53,772 bases of DNA. Source: Sphingomonas sp. (lineage in GTDB: Bacteria; Pseudomonadota; Alphaproteobacteria; Sphingomonadales; Sphingomonadaceae). This document shows, in pieces, positions 40,559-50,791 of this stretch. The DNA lies in the NCBI GenBank assembly GCA_019747165.1, contig JAIERC010000220.1:1-53772 (forward strand). Direction: 5' to 3'. The notes beneath the pieces are model-generated. The model did no database searches and was not told where the DNA came from. It saw only the letters and a list, made by a program, of their open reading frames with translations. The translations under genes and the position numbers were made by a program. Numbering within the stretch: the stretch's first letter is position 1; each line of letters starts with the position of its first letter.

Positions 40559-41194
40559 GGTGTTGTCAGTCTACAGTGAACTCGTCTCCGTGAGCTGCAC
40601 CCTGTTTGTGGTCCCGTGTCCGACCTCCGGCTTCTGGGTATTGCAGAGCATCTTCATCGCCGCTTTGTACGATGCTGGGCCATCGCTGACGATCGTCTCA
40701 GGAGAGCCGTTGCGCTTCAGCGCCTTCTTCATGAAGCGCAAAGCTGCCTCCTTGTCGCGGGTCTTGGTGATGTAGCTTTCGAGGATCTCGCCGTCCTGAT
40801 CAACCGCGCGCCAGAGATCGACCCATGCGCCATTCAGGTTGGCTTCGCCGCCCTTCGGGTCACGTACATCTCGTCCAGGTGCCATCGCCAATGGCGAAAC
40901 CCGCGCATCCGACTGATTCTTGGCCGCTGAATGTCGCCAGCGAACATTGGCCCAAACCGGTTCCACCACATCCGCACGGTCTCATGACACAGGTCGATGC
41001 CGCGCTCGAAAAGCAGATCCTTGACGTTCCGCAGCGATAGCGGGAACCGCACATGCATCAGCACCACAAGCCGGATCACCTCCGGCGACGAGTTGAAACA
41101 GCGAAAAGGGGAGGGAGGTCTGGCTCTGGATTTCCGGCTCATTAGCGCCCGCTAGCAGTCCCGTCGCTGACTGCCACATTGGTTTGACAGCGCC
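40559..41194 (-). mobile_element. IS6-family element, internally deleted and frameshifted
   Basis: IRs GGTGTTGTCAG / TTGACAGCGCC; RFPLSLRNV, WHLDEMYV, LWRAVD, IVSDG. Confidence 0.88.
40841..40860 (-). repeat. 20-bp double mini-hairpin insert, copy A
   Basis: GGCTTCGCCGCCCTTCGGGT between DEMYV and NLNG codons of the IS6 transposase. Confidence 0.9.
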
Positions 41195-41389
41195 CGGGCG
41201 GCTAGTCACATCGCGCAATCACAGTTTGGAAGAGACGTGCATCTCAGCTGCGCCTAACGAAGACTCCGCTTCTACATCCCTGGCACGGCACGCTTGCGCG
41301 GCGAGAAATGCCAATGCCTAATAGGAAAACGGTCGGTTGCTTGCTTTCATAGTACCGTTTGCCATTTGCGCAGCTAACTGATCCTCAGG

Positions 41390-42709
41390 ATGGGCGATAA
41401 TCAGGATATTGCTGCGCCACCGTCGCTGCGTCAGGATCTCGATGGCCCGGTGGATGCCGGGTTCGTTTATGCCAATCTCCGGCGCAACACAGTCGCTAAC
41501 TTTGCCCATGGCATGCTGGGGATGACCGGATTTCGGCTGATTGCGGCGCCAACCTTCGTGCCCAGCTACATCTTCATGCTGACGGGGTCGAGCTTTGCGG
41601 TCGGACTGGCGCAGGCCGTCCAGCAGGCGGGTTCGGTGATCTCGCCGATGCGCAGCGCCAGCGCGATCGAGGACAAGCTCCTCATCATGCCCTATGCCCG
41701 CCGTACCGGGATCGCGATGCGGATGCCGCTGGCGGTAATCGCGCTGACCGGTTGGTTCCTAGGCGGCCATTCGTCGATGAACTGGCTGCTGGCGGCAATC
41801 ACCATCGCTGCCTTATTTGTTTTTGGCTATTTCTCCGGCGCGCAACGGGTTGCGTTCCAAATGTTGATGGCCAAGGTGATCCCTTTGAAATTGCGCGGCC
41901 GGTTGCAAGGCTGGCGCAATTTCTGTGGCGGTGCCATCGCCGCTCTTTTGAGCTGGTGGGCCGGATCCACGCTGATTGAGCACAATGTTCTCGGTAACGG
42001 GTACGCCACGACATTTGCGATCAGTTTCGTGCTGACCAGCCTGGGCCTGACGATTCTGGTGCTGATGCTTCGCGAACCTGAAAGCCGGTTGCGCCGGCCA
42101 ACAATGTTGCTGCGCCACCGGCTACGCGAATTGCCCAAGCTCCTCGAAAACAGAGACTACCAGGAATTTCTGCGTGCTCAGCTGGTGGCGATGATTGGGC
42201 GCACGGCGATCGCCTTTTGCATCCTTTATGCAGGTGGCAGGATGCACCTGACGGGAGCGACATTGGGGTTTCTTAGTTTTGCGTTCCTCGGTGCCGACAC
42301 GGTGTCAAACGTGGCCTGGGGAGCAATTGGTGACCGTCGCGGGTTCCGGATCGTGCTGCTATTGGCGCTCTCGCTGTGGGTCGTTGGCTATGCGATGATA
42401 TTGGCGGCAACCAGCCTTGCAGGGTTCATCGCCGCATTTGCGGCCCTTGGCGCGGCCATCAGCGGGTACACGATCGCCGCACAGACGTTGGTGCTTGAGT
42501 TCGGACGGCATGAGGACATCCCGATGCGGCTGGCGCTTTCGGCCACGGTTGAAACCAGTGTCGCCTCGATTGGCCCGCTCATCGGTGGGGCAGTTGCCGC
42601 GCTGATCGGCTTTCGTCCGCTGATCGAATTTTCGATGGCGGTAATGGTGATGGCGGTAATCATCGTCTGGTGGCGCGTGGGCGAACCCCGTCAGTTCCCA
42701 GCAAAATAG
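41390..42709 (+). CDS. MFS transporter
   Basis: Multiple hydrophobic helices, WGAIGDRRGFR loop motif. Confidence 0.85.
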   Translation: MGDNQDIAAPPSLRQDLDGPVDAGFVYANLRRNTVANFAHGMLGMTGFRLIAAPTFVPSYIFMLTGSSFAVGLAQAVQQAGSVISPMRSASAIEDKLLIMPYARRTGIAMRMPLAVIALTGWFLGGHSSMNWLLAAITIAALFVFGYFSGAQRVAFQMLMAKVIPLKLRGRLQGWRNFCGGAIAALLSWWAGSTLIEHNVLGNGYATTFAISFVLTSLGLTILVLMLREPESRLRRPTMLLRHRLRELPKLLENRDYQEFLRAQLVAMIGRTAIAFCILYAGGRMHLTGATLGFLSFAFLGADTVSNVAWGAIGDRRGFRIVLLLALSLWVVGYAMILAATSLAGFIAAFAALGAAISGYTIAAQTLVLEFGRHEDIPMRLALSATVETSVASIGPLIGGAVAALIGFRPLIEFSMAVMVMAVIIVWWRVGEPRQFPAK

Positions 42710-42951
42710 CCAGAATTGGCTCGCTTTTCAGCTGATTTCTGGTTTCGAAATTCAGATTTTTGGACGATCCGACTGTGGATTGGTGTTCAACGTGAAACGC
42801 TATCAATGTCTTCCTAGACATTGATAGAGAAGGATTTTTACTGGCATCCAATCGTAAAATGGGCGCCGCTTGGGACCCGGCACGCCAAAACTGATTGCGA
42901 AAGGCGCATGCTGGCGTCGACTAAGCCTGATCTTCGTTATTTCTCGCCAGA

Positions 42952-45774
42952 TTATTGTGTTCCGGCGTTTGTCAGTGTGCTGCTTAGCATCTCTTCACGG
43001 CCCTGACGCAAATCAGCCCCGCTGCGGGTGCGCGGCTCCGGTCCGGTGCCCAGCCCGCGCCACAAGGCCGAGTTGAACGCTGCGGTGTCCAGCGTGTCTT
43101 CGGTACGAAAATTCTGGCCCTTCATCGCCGCCGCCCAATAAGCGGCGGTATGTGGTGGGCGGATCGCGGCGACTTTGGGGACAACGAATCGGTCAGCGGT
43201 GATCGGGAGTTGCGTGCTGCGCAGCACCTCTGCGGCGACCGCGCGGTAATCCCAGCTTGTCTGATTGAGGTCGAAGATATCGGCCATTGGCGCGGCCATG
43301 GCGTCATTCAGCCCCAGGGGTTCGATCCCCAGCACCCCCTCGATTGTGCGCAACATGCTGACCGTTGTGTACCGGGTCGATACCAAAGCGCGTTGGCGGA
43401 CATAGGGTCCGACGACAAAGGCAATGCTGCGACGGGCATCGACATGGTCGGTGCCGTTTTGGGCATCATCCTCAATCACAAAGACCAAGGTTGAATCCTT
43501 GAACTTGCTCTGTGCGATCCGCTCAACGACCATGCCGACCGAATAATCATTGTCGGCCATCTGCGTTTCGACGGTGTTCACGCCGTCAACGCCCTCGGCA
43601 AAATCGCCGAAATGGTCGTGTGACAGGCGCAGCAAAGTCAATGCGGGCATCGCATCTGCAGCTTCCTGCTGTGCAAATTCGCGCTCCCATTCGAGAACGC
43701 GCCAGTAATCGGGCAGTTTTTGGTCAAAACCCCGGAAATAGGGGTCGCTGCGATCGGCAAGCGCGATCGATGCCGGGGTGTAGATTCGCCTACCTTCCTT
43801 GAAGGGATCGCGGATCACCGGCACGGCGCCAGGGTCCTTGCTGTCATAAACCGACGCATCGGCAAAGCCATAGTTGCGCACGCTGAGGCCAGCACGCAGC
43901 GCCGCGTCCCACAAGAAACCCTGACCGGGTTCATTGTCGCTGTCGCCATCGGGAGCGGTCAGCAAGGCGTGGCCAGGCAGAATATCATCGTCATCGGGGA
44001 TCGCGGGATTTGCCATTCGCCGAGCTTCTTTGCTCAGGCTGGTCGCCACATTGCGATCGAGCTGTTCGGCCTCATAGGCAAGGCCGCGCTGCGCATAATT
44101 TACCGGGGCGGTCTTTTCTAACAGGTCGGGCACCCGCCCCGCCGTCGTCCAGGTCCATCCGGTGCTCGATTGCTCCCCGCTGTCATAGAAATTGTCGAGC
44201 GTCACGAAATTTGTCGCCAGCGCGTGATGGTTGGGTGCCAGTGCTGCGCCCAATATGGCCAGTTTGGGATCACCATTGCCGACAGGCAAGTCACCCAGCA
44301 CCTGATCATAAGTGCGGTTTTCCTTGACGATAAAAATGACGTGTTTGATGCGCTCGCGCACCGCGGCCATCGTTGCATCCGCAGCAGCGCGTGCTGCATC
44401 ATTGTCGAGACCGATATTCTTTGCCACTTGTCGCGTGGTGCTGGCCAACGCCGCCGTGCCCGGCATCGGGAAGTGCAGCAGCCCGGCCTTTTCCAACTGG
44501 AAGATATATTGGTTTGCCGCCCCGCAAGCGGTGGGCTGCGCCTTTACAACGGCCAGTTTGGGCGCACAGCCAAGCGGATTGGGACCGGGCACGCTTTTGC
44601 GGTTAACAACAAAAACCCGGCTGCCATCGGCACTTGTCGCGACTGCAGACGGATACCAGCCGGTTGGCACCAACCCATCAACGCGCGCACCCTTTGCCAT
44701 GGGCGTCACCATCGCAACGGCATTCACGCCGCCATAGGTGACAAGCAGCCGATGATTGGGGGTCATCGCCAAGCCGTTGGGGTTCAGCCCCTTGGGCAAC
44801 GTGCCCGCATCAATGGCATCGGGCAGGCCCAGGCGCGGTTCAGCGATCAGCCGGTCGGTCACGGTGTTGATCATCGCCAGCCGGTCAGCATTGTCCTCGG
44901 TGGCATAAAGACGCTTTGATACGGGATCGATCAGCAGCGCCGTCGGCTCACCGATCGTGGCGATACGGTGGACGACGGCCATCCGGTCCGCGCCCACGCT
45001 CAGCTTCACAATTTGGCGGTCGCGCGGGGCTGAAACATAAGCGCTGTTTGCCCCTGCCCAAATGACCGCAAAGGGAAACTCACCGCCCGCAACGCCTTTC
45101 GCCGCGGGATCGATCTTGCCTGGGCGCAAATCCTGTTCGGCGATCACCCGTTTGCCGTCGAGATCAACCAGGCTGATTGAGTCGTTATAATAATTTGCAA
45201 CCAGGGCGCGGTGGCCATCCGGGCTGACCGCGACCCCGGCCGCTTGCGGCTTTACATCGGCGCCATTGCCCGCCTTGTGACCCAGCTTGATCGCAGGTGT
45301 GCTCTCCGTAAAGCCCGCCGCGCCGCGGGCGAAAACATGGACGTTATCGTCCACCCCGCCACCGACGATGAATCCTTGGCCGTTGGGTGTCCAGGCAATG
45401 CCCGAATAGCTGTTGGGTATCATCAGCGTTTGATCGAGCGTGCTGCCCTTCGCGTCGATGCGGTAAACGAAAATATATTGTTGCGATTGAAGCAGGCTGA
45501 TCGTGCCCTTGGCATCATTGACGCGGTTGAAGCCGCTGGTGAGCACCAACATGCGCGTTTTGTCTGGGCTGACCGCGATTGCGGCGGCGCCGTCTGCAAC
45601 ATAATCGGGGATTGGTCCGGCATGCGCGACGAGCGGCTCAAAATGTGCGCCAGGTGCAGCGAGCGGGGTCAATGCCTGACCGGTCGGCAGGTGCTGGGGC
45701 GCGTCGGAAGCGGCGGCCGCGCTGGTGCCAAGCAGGCTGAACGCCGATGCGCCGATGAAGATGGCGATTTTCAC
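42952..45774 (-). CDS. Secreted YncE/YVTN beta-propeller + phosphoesterase (alkaline phosphatase superfamily) protein
   Basis: Signal peptide VKIAIF..AAAA; propeller repeats VAVSPDG, VPTGWYP; IKHVIFIVKENRTYDQVLGD, EDDAQNGTDHVDARRS. Confidence 0.87.
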   Translation of the reverse strand: MKIAIFIGASAFSLLGTSAAAASDAPQHLPTGQALTPLAAPGAHFEPLVAHAGPIPDYVADGAAAIAVSPDKTRMLVLTSGFNRVNDAKGTISLLQSQQYIFVYRIDAKGSTLDQTLMIPNSYSGIAWTPNGQGFIVGGGVDDNVHVFARGAAGFTESTPAIKLGHKAGNGADVKPQAAGVAVSPDGHRALVANYYNDSISLVDLDGKRVIAEQDLRPGKIDPAAKGVAGGEFPFAVIWAGANSAYVSAPRDRQIVKLSVGADRMAVVHRIATIGEPTALLIDPVSKRLYATEDNADRLAMINTVTDRLIAEPRLGLPDAIDAGTLPKGLNPNGLAMTPNHRLLVTYGGVNAVAMVTPMAKGARVDGLVPTGWYPSAVATSADGSRVFVVNRKSVPGPNPLGCAPKLAVVKAQPTACGAANQYIFQLEKAGLLHFPMPGTAALASTTRQVAKNIGLDNDAARAAADATMAAVRERIKHVIFIVKENRTYDQVLGDLPVGNGDPKLAILGAALAPNHHALATNFVTLDNFYDSGEQSSTGWTWTTAGRVPDLLEKTAPVNYAQRGLAYEAEQLDRNVATSLSKEARRMANPAIPDDDDILPGHALLTAPDGDSDNEPGQGFLWDAALRAGLSVRNYGFADASVYDSKDPGAVPVIRDPFKEGRRIYTPASIALADRSDPYFRGFDQKLPDYWRVLEWEREFAQQEAADAMPALTLLRLSHDHFGDFAEGVDGVNTVETQMADNDYSVGMVVERIAQSKFKDSTLVFVIEDDAQNGTDHVDARRSIAFVVGPYVRQRALVSTRYTTVSMLRTIEGVLGIEPLGLNDAMAAPMADIFDLNQTSWDYRAVAAEVLRSTQLPITADRFVVPKVAAIRPPHTAAYWAAAMKGQNFRTEDTLDTAAFNSALWRGLGTGPEPRTRSGADLRQGREEMLSSTLTNAGTQ

Positions 45775-46230
45775 TGCAACGGCTCCCCAGACTTTTGAGC
45801 AACAGGACTTATCACTGCGACGATGTCGATTACATGACAAAAGATCGCGCCGCCCAGCAGGGCATCTTCCTGCACCCCAAAGATCGGGGCATTTGCGCTG
45901 CCCGTGCACTTGGCTGCGTCCCAAGAAAAGCAGCATCGTGACCGGTTGGGGGGCGCCGTATGGCCACATTTCCCCATCGCTTTGATCGTCCGGAATGGCG
46001 TTACGCAAACCAAGGGCCCTTACCTCGCGGACATCGCCCTCGCCCTCGCGGTGAACACCATCGTGGCGCGAAGGATTGCATTGCGCTTTGGCTGTTCCCC
46101 CCGATCGTCGCTCACTCAATGCTGTCCATCTTTTCTCGGTTCACTGTCCGTTGAAAAGAAGTTGCTCTGCGACCGGCGTGGTTTCAGGCAAATAGCAATA
46201 TGCCCAGACCGGCTGGGATTGCGAAGACTA

Positions 46231-49200
46231 TTAGGGGAACCCCACAACTCGCGTCGGCGCGCCCTGATAGCGGGTGCCGGCGTTCAAGGCCTCGGCCTTC
46301 ATGATCACGCTTCCCGCGCCGACATGGGCATCCTTGCCGACCACCGCTCCGTATAGCGGCACCGTGCCCGCGCAAACCGTCGAGCCGGCCTCAAATTTTA
46401 CCGGGCCGACCTTCAGGACGCGGTCTTCGAATGTGTGGGCTTGGTAGCTGGCGCAGGCGGTGGCGTGGTCGCCTACTTCGATCATGTCGGGATCGACGAC
46501 CTGGCTGAATTGCGGGCCTAGCACCGCGCGTTTGCCGATCTTGAGGCCCATCAGGCGCAAATATGGAGGCAGGAGGAACGTGCCCTCGAGCCAGTCGAGT
46601 GGGACGCGGGCGAGCTTTTGCCAGCACACATAGAAATAGTCCCAGCGGCTACACCAGCACGACCACAGCGCGTGCTGCGCGGGTTTGACGCGGCCAATCA
46701 GGCACCATTTGATCACGATGACAGAGAGCGCGGAGAGCATGATTGGGGTGAGCGTGGCGAGGGGGAGGACGACGAGGGCGAACGTTACGCTGCTGGTTGT
46801 TGCCTCGCCGCGCGCGATCAGGCCGTACCACAGTGTACCGAGCAGCAGCGGCGGGATCGGCAGCAGAAAGCGCGCGGTCTCCCACATCACGCGGTTCACA
46901 TAGCGGAGCGTCGAGGGCTTGTGTGTCAGGCTGATGTCGCTCGCCATTTCGACCACTTCGCGGCGGGGGAGGTCGAAGCTGGGGTGACCGAAGCGGGCAT
47001 GGCCGCTGGTGATTTTCGTGTCATCGGCCACGGTACAGACGCCAATCAGGATGTCGTCGGGCAGGTGCGATCCGGCGGGGATGACCGCATGGTTCCCGAG
47101 GAAGGTGTGGCGGCCGAGACTGGTCTGGGCGAGCGTAACCGTGCCTTGCCGGACCTTTGCGCCGCCGAGGTAGATGCCGTCGGCGAAGAAGGTTTCTTCG
47201 CCGATCGTGACCAGTTCGGGCACCACGTCGATGATCGTGCTGATTTCGCAATCGCGGCCCAGATCCATGCCCGCCAGTCGCAACCAGTGCGGCCAGTAGA
47301 GCGTGCCCGAAAGCCATTGACCACTGGCGGTGAGCATCGCGCTCTTCATCCAGACGCGCAAGTACGCGCTACTCCAGCGGGGGATTGTACCGGGGCGGAC
47401 GCGCCCCAAAGCGCGCATCATCAGCGCCGAGGCGACTAACGTAAGCGGGGTGGTAAGGACGGTGACACCCAGGATCACCGCCGCCACGCGGGAGGCGAAA
47501 TCGGGCGCGTAGAACCAACGCCACAGCATGTTGGGGGCAATATCCGCCGCGTGCGCGGCGCCGATCAGTATCGCCTCGGTGGGGAGAGCGACCACAAGCG
47601 CAAGCAGGGCTTCAGCGCCGAGCAGCCGCGCGCCATAGCCGAACGGGGTGAGCGTGGCGGCCGGTCGGGTGATCGCGGGGAGCGGCGGAACGGGGCCGAT
47701 CGAACGCGCGGGCACGCCGTCCCAAACTTCGCCCGCCGACACGTGCATCCCTGGGTTGAGTGCCGAAAGCGCGGTGACCACGCTGCCCGCGCCTATGGTC
47801 ACATCGCCGCAGACGATGGCGCGTGATTCAAGGCTCGCTCGGGCCTCCAGCGTGATCGGCCCGACCACGATATCGCCGCGATCGAGTTCGACGAGGCTCA
47901 ACACGCAATCCTGCGCTATCGCCACATCATCGCCTAATGTCAGCAAGTCCCACCCACCGCGGCGCAAATCCACGCCGCGGTGGATGTGAACGCGGTCACC
48001 GATCTGCGCGCCGAGCGCGCGCAGGGCCACGATCTGCAAGGCGCTGCCCTGGATCAGCGGCCATGGCACCACCCGCGCGGCGAGCAGGACGAGCCAGTGA
48101 CGCAAGTAATATGCGCTCCACACCGGCGCACGGATCGGGCGGTAGGTACCGATCACCAGCCGCTTGACTGCGACCGCGAACAGGATTGATCCGGGAATAT
48201 AGGCGGCCAACGCCAGCGCGGTGATGATCGGGAACAGCACGATCATCTCGCTAAGGCTGAAGCGCGCGAACAGCGCCGGGATCAGCTTGAATGCGGCGAG
48301 GTAACCACCCCACGAAGCGACAGTAACCACCGCCCAAAGCGCGGGTAATTGCACGCAGTTGGCGAGCAGCACATTGGCCTTGCCGTGGCGGACCAGCGGG
48401 GCTTCATCCTCGTCCTCGCTGGTGCCGCCGCCCGCTGCGATTAGTTCGGCTAATGCGCGGATCGTGCGTGCTTCGTAGATGTCGCTAACGGTGACGCGCA
48501 CGGTTTCGGGGTGATCGCGCAACAGCGTGACCAGCATCGCCGCACGCAAGGAATCGCCGCCGAGGCCCTCGAAAAAATCCTCCACCACCGAGGGCGGGGC
48601 GGCGCGCGCCAGAACATCGGCGGCGGCATCAGCGATCAAGGTCTCGAGAGCGCCCTCAGGGGCGACGGCCTCGCCGGTCTCGGGTTCCGTGCCGATGTTG
48701 AGCACGGGCAGCAGTCGGCGGTCGAGCTTGCCCGCCACGCTCACCGGCAGCGCGTCGATCAGCCCGATCCGCTGCGGCACCATGTAATGCGGCAGCGTCT
48801 CGGTCAGCGTGGCGCGCAAACCTTCGGTGTCGGGCGGCGAGGCGGGATCGCTCGGCACGACATGCGCGACCAGTGCGGCGCCGCCCGGGCGATCTTGCAT
48901 CGTCACCGCTGCCGCGCGCACCCCAGGCAGGGCAGCCAGCCGCGCCTCAATCTCGCCCAGTTCAACCCGGTAGCCGCGGATCTTGACCTGTGCGTCGATG
49001 CGACCGTGGTAGTGTAATTCGCCGCTGACGGGATCCAGGTGCACCAAATCGCCGGTGCGGTAAACGCGACCATAGCGCGGGTGATCAACGAACTTTTCGG
49101 CGGTTAGTTCGGGCCGGTTGCGGTAGCCGCGCGCCAGACCGACGCCCGCCATGCACAATTCGCCGTGGGTCCCGCTCGGCACTTCAGCCAGCGCATCATC

Positions 49201-50241
49201 GAGCACCAGCGCGGTCATGCCCGGCACCGCCCGCCCGATCGTAACCGGTGCGTCCGGCGTCACGTCGCCGCGCACGCAGGTCACTGCGCATTCGGTTGGG
49301 CCGTAACCGTTGACCATGCGCTTTGCCTTCGACCATGTCGCTGCGACGTCGTCGGGCAGTGCCTCTCCGCCAACGTAAAGCAGCCTGAGATCGGGCAGTT
49401 CGCGCTGTGGGTCCGTGCACCCGGTGGCGCGCAGCAACGTCGGCGGCGGAGTCAGCGCAGTCGCGCGTTCGCTGCGCAGCCAGCCGACCAGATCGGGGCC
49501 AAGCCGGGCCGTGGCATCGTCCATCGCCAGCAGCGTCGCACCGCTGGCCAGTGCCATCCAAATCTCCTCGACCGAGCTGTCGTAAGCGGGCGAGGAACCC
49601 TGCACCACGCGGTCGCCCGGGCCGAGGCCGAAAAACCGCGTATCGCCCGCAACCAGATTGGCGATCGCGCGATGCTCGATCATCACGCCCTTTGGCTTGC
49701 CGGTCGTACCCGAAGTATAGATCACATAAGCTAGGCTGTCGGGCCGGATGTCGGCCGGGCAGGGCGCGCGGTCAGGGCTTTTGGCGAAGACCGCGATATC
49801 GTGGACCAGTCCTTCCGATAGGCCGATCAAACGCAATTGCGCAGCACCTTCAGCATCGCTGAGCACCAGCGGGCTGGCGGCATCTTCGATCACCTCGCGC
49901 TTGCGCGCGTCGGGGAAGGCCGGATCGAGGCAGGTATAAGCCGCACCCGAGCGTTGCACCGCCAGTTGCGCGATCCACAGCCACACCGTCCCGCGCGACA
50001 GCAGCAGCGCCACGATTGGCTCGTCGAGCCCCGCGATCCGCGCAGCGATCCGCTCGGCCAACGCCTGCACGCGCGCGTCGAGCTCGGCGTAAGTCAACGT
50101 CTGCCGATCGGGCCGCCCACGCCCCGGCGGCACGTCGATCGCCAACGCGTGCGGATGCCGCGCCACGCTGGCAGCGAGGACTTGCGGCAGCAGCGGGTGC
50201 GCGGCTTCGCGGGCCTCCTGGTCGAGGGCAATGGTGGCCAT
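46231..50241 (-). CDS. Pls/PosA-like single-module membrane NRPS (A-T plus three TM/hexapeptide-repeat terminal domains)
   Basis: YVIYTSGTTGKPKG, NGYGPTE, YRTGDL, GRIDAQVKIRGYRVELGEIE; T domain DFFEGLGGDSL; three blocks with W.R..G..IG motifs and TM pairs; no C or TE domain. Confidence 0.9.
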   Translation of the reverse strand: MATIALDQEAREAAHPLLPQVLAASVARHPHALAIDVPPGRGRPDRQTLTYAELDARVQALAERIAARIAGLDEPIVALLLSRGTVWLWIAQLAVQRSGAAYTCLDPAFPDARKREVIEDAASPLVLSDAEGAAQLRLIGLSEGLVHDIAVFAKSPDRAPCPADIRPDSLAYVIYTSGTTGKPKGVMIEHRAIANLVAGDTRFFGLGPGDRVVQGSSPAYDSSVEEIWMALASGATLLAMDDATARLGPDLVGWLRSERATALTPPPTLLRATGCTDPQRELPDLRLLYVGGEALPDDVAATWSKAKRMVNGYGPTECAVTCVRGDVTPDAPVTIGRAVPGMTALVLDDALAEVPSGTHGELCMAGVGLARGYRNRPELTAEKFVDHPRYGRVYRTGDLVHLDPVSGELHYHGRIDAQVKIRGYRVELGEIEARLAALPGVRAAAVTMQDRPGGAALVAHVVPSDPASPPDTEGLRATLTETLPHYMVPQRIGLIDALPVSVAGKLDRRLLPVLNIGTEPETGEAVAPEGALETLIADAAADVLARAAPPSVVEDFFEGLGGDSLRAAMLVTLLRDHPETVRVTVSDIYEARTIRALAELIAAGGGTSEDEDEAPLVRHGKANVLLANCVQLPALWAVVTVASWGGYLAAFKLIPALFARFSLSEMIVLFPIITALALAAYIPGSILFAVAVKRLVIGTYRPIRAPVWSAYYLRHWLVLLAARVVPWPLIQGSALQIVALRALGAQIGDRVHIHRGVDLRRGGWDLLTLGDDVAIAQDCVLSLVELDRGDIVVGPITLEARASLESRAIVCGDVTIGAGSVVTALSALNPGMHVSAGEVWDGVPARSIGPVPPLPAITRPAATLTPFGYGARLLGAEALLALVVALPTEAILIGAAHAADIAPNMLWRWFYAPDFASRVAAVILGVTVLTTPLTLVASALMMRALGRVRPGTIPRWSSAYLRVWMKSAMLTASGQWLSGTLYWPHWLRLAGMDLGRDCEISTIIDVVPELVTIGEETFFADGIYLGGAKVRQGTVTLAQTSLGRHTFLGNHAVIPAGSHLPDDILIGVCTVADDTKITSGHARFGHPSFDLPRREVVEMASDISLTHKPSTLRYVNRVMWETARFLLPIPPLLLGTLWYGLIARGEATTSSVTFALVVLPLATLTPIMLSALSVIVIKWCLIGRVKPAQHALWSCWCSRWDYFYVCWQKLARVPLDWLEGTFLLPPYLRLMGLKIGKRAVLGPQFSQVVDPDMIEVGDHATACASYQAHTFEDRVLKVGPVKFEAGSTVCAGTVPLYGAVVGKDAHVGAGSVIMKAEALNAGTRYQGAPTRVVGFP

Positions 50242-50358
50242 GCGGCAAAAGTCCAAGTTCATCGGCCGCCGCTCTGCCGCGCCCTGCCGATCCGATCATG
50301 CCCGTTGTCATAGCGCTGCCACTCGCCCGGTCAATCACGGGCATGATCCCGCGCGCTT

Positions 50359-50790
50359 GGTGCTGTCAGTGCGATGCAAACCCGTCTCAACACGATGCAG
50401 ATCGGGCTTTGAGGGCGACGTTCAGCTGGCAAGCGACTGCCACTCGGTCAGTGCGGCTGAGCGGCGCTTCTTGAAGGTTTGGCGATCGACGATGTGGCCT
50501 TTAAAACTGGCCTGAAGGGCGGCGAAGCCAATTAATTATAGACATTAGAGTGCCAGCGCTAATTTCGAAAACCCCGCATCCCGCCGATACAGCGTTACAG
50601 TCCCTCGCTCTCGACCGTCGGGCCAACGCGATTCTACCGGAAGCTTATGGTCTGATGGCTCAAATCGATTCCGCGCTCGAACAGCAAATCCTTGATGTTT
50701 CGCACCGACAGCGGAAATCGCACGTTCATCATGCCGACCAGCCGGATGACTTCGAGTGGCGAGCCGAAGCACTGGAAAAGGCCAGTGCGC
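50359..50790 (-). mobile_element. IS6-family remnant, heavily degraded with central deletion
   Basis: IR GGTGCTGTCAG at 50359; 50359-50545 parallels 52738-52925; 50546-50790 parallels the IS6 5' part. Confidence 0.8.
50510..50529 (+). repeat. 20-bp double mini-hairpin insert, copy B (2 substitutions)
   Basis: GCCTGAAGGGCGGCGAAGCC at the same transposase site as copy C. Confidence 0.8.
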
Positions 50791-50791
50791 C

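Noticed and set aside
40838-40862. Integron attC site or CRISPR repeat interpretation of the 20/25-bp element
   Set aside because: Too short for attC, GTTGGCT does not fit GTTRRRY, and copies are dispersed without spacers, cas or intI genes.
45775-46119. 115-aa N-terminal extension of the phosphoesterase, or an IS256 fragment on the + strand
   Set aside because: RBS and signal peptide point to GTG 45774; the IS256 resemblance (LALAVNT) is too weak to call.
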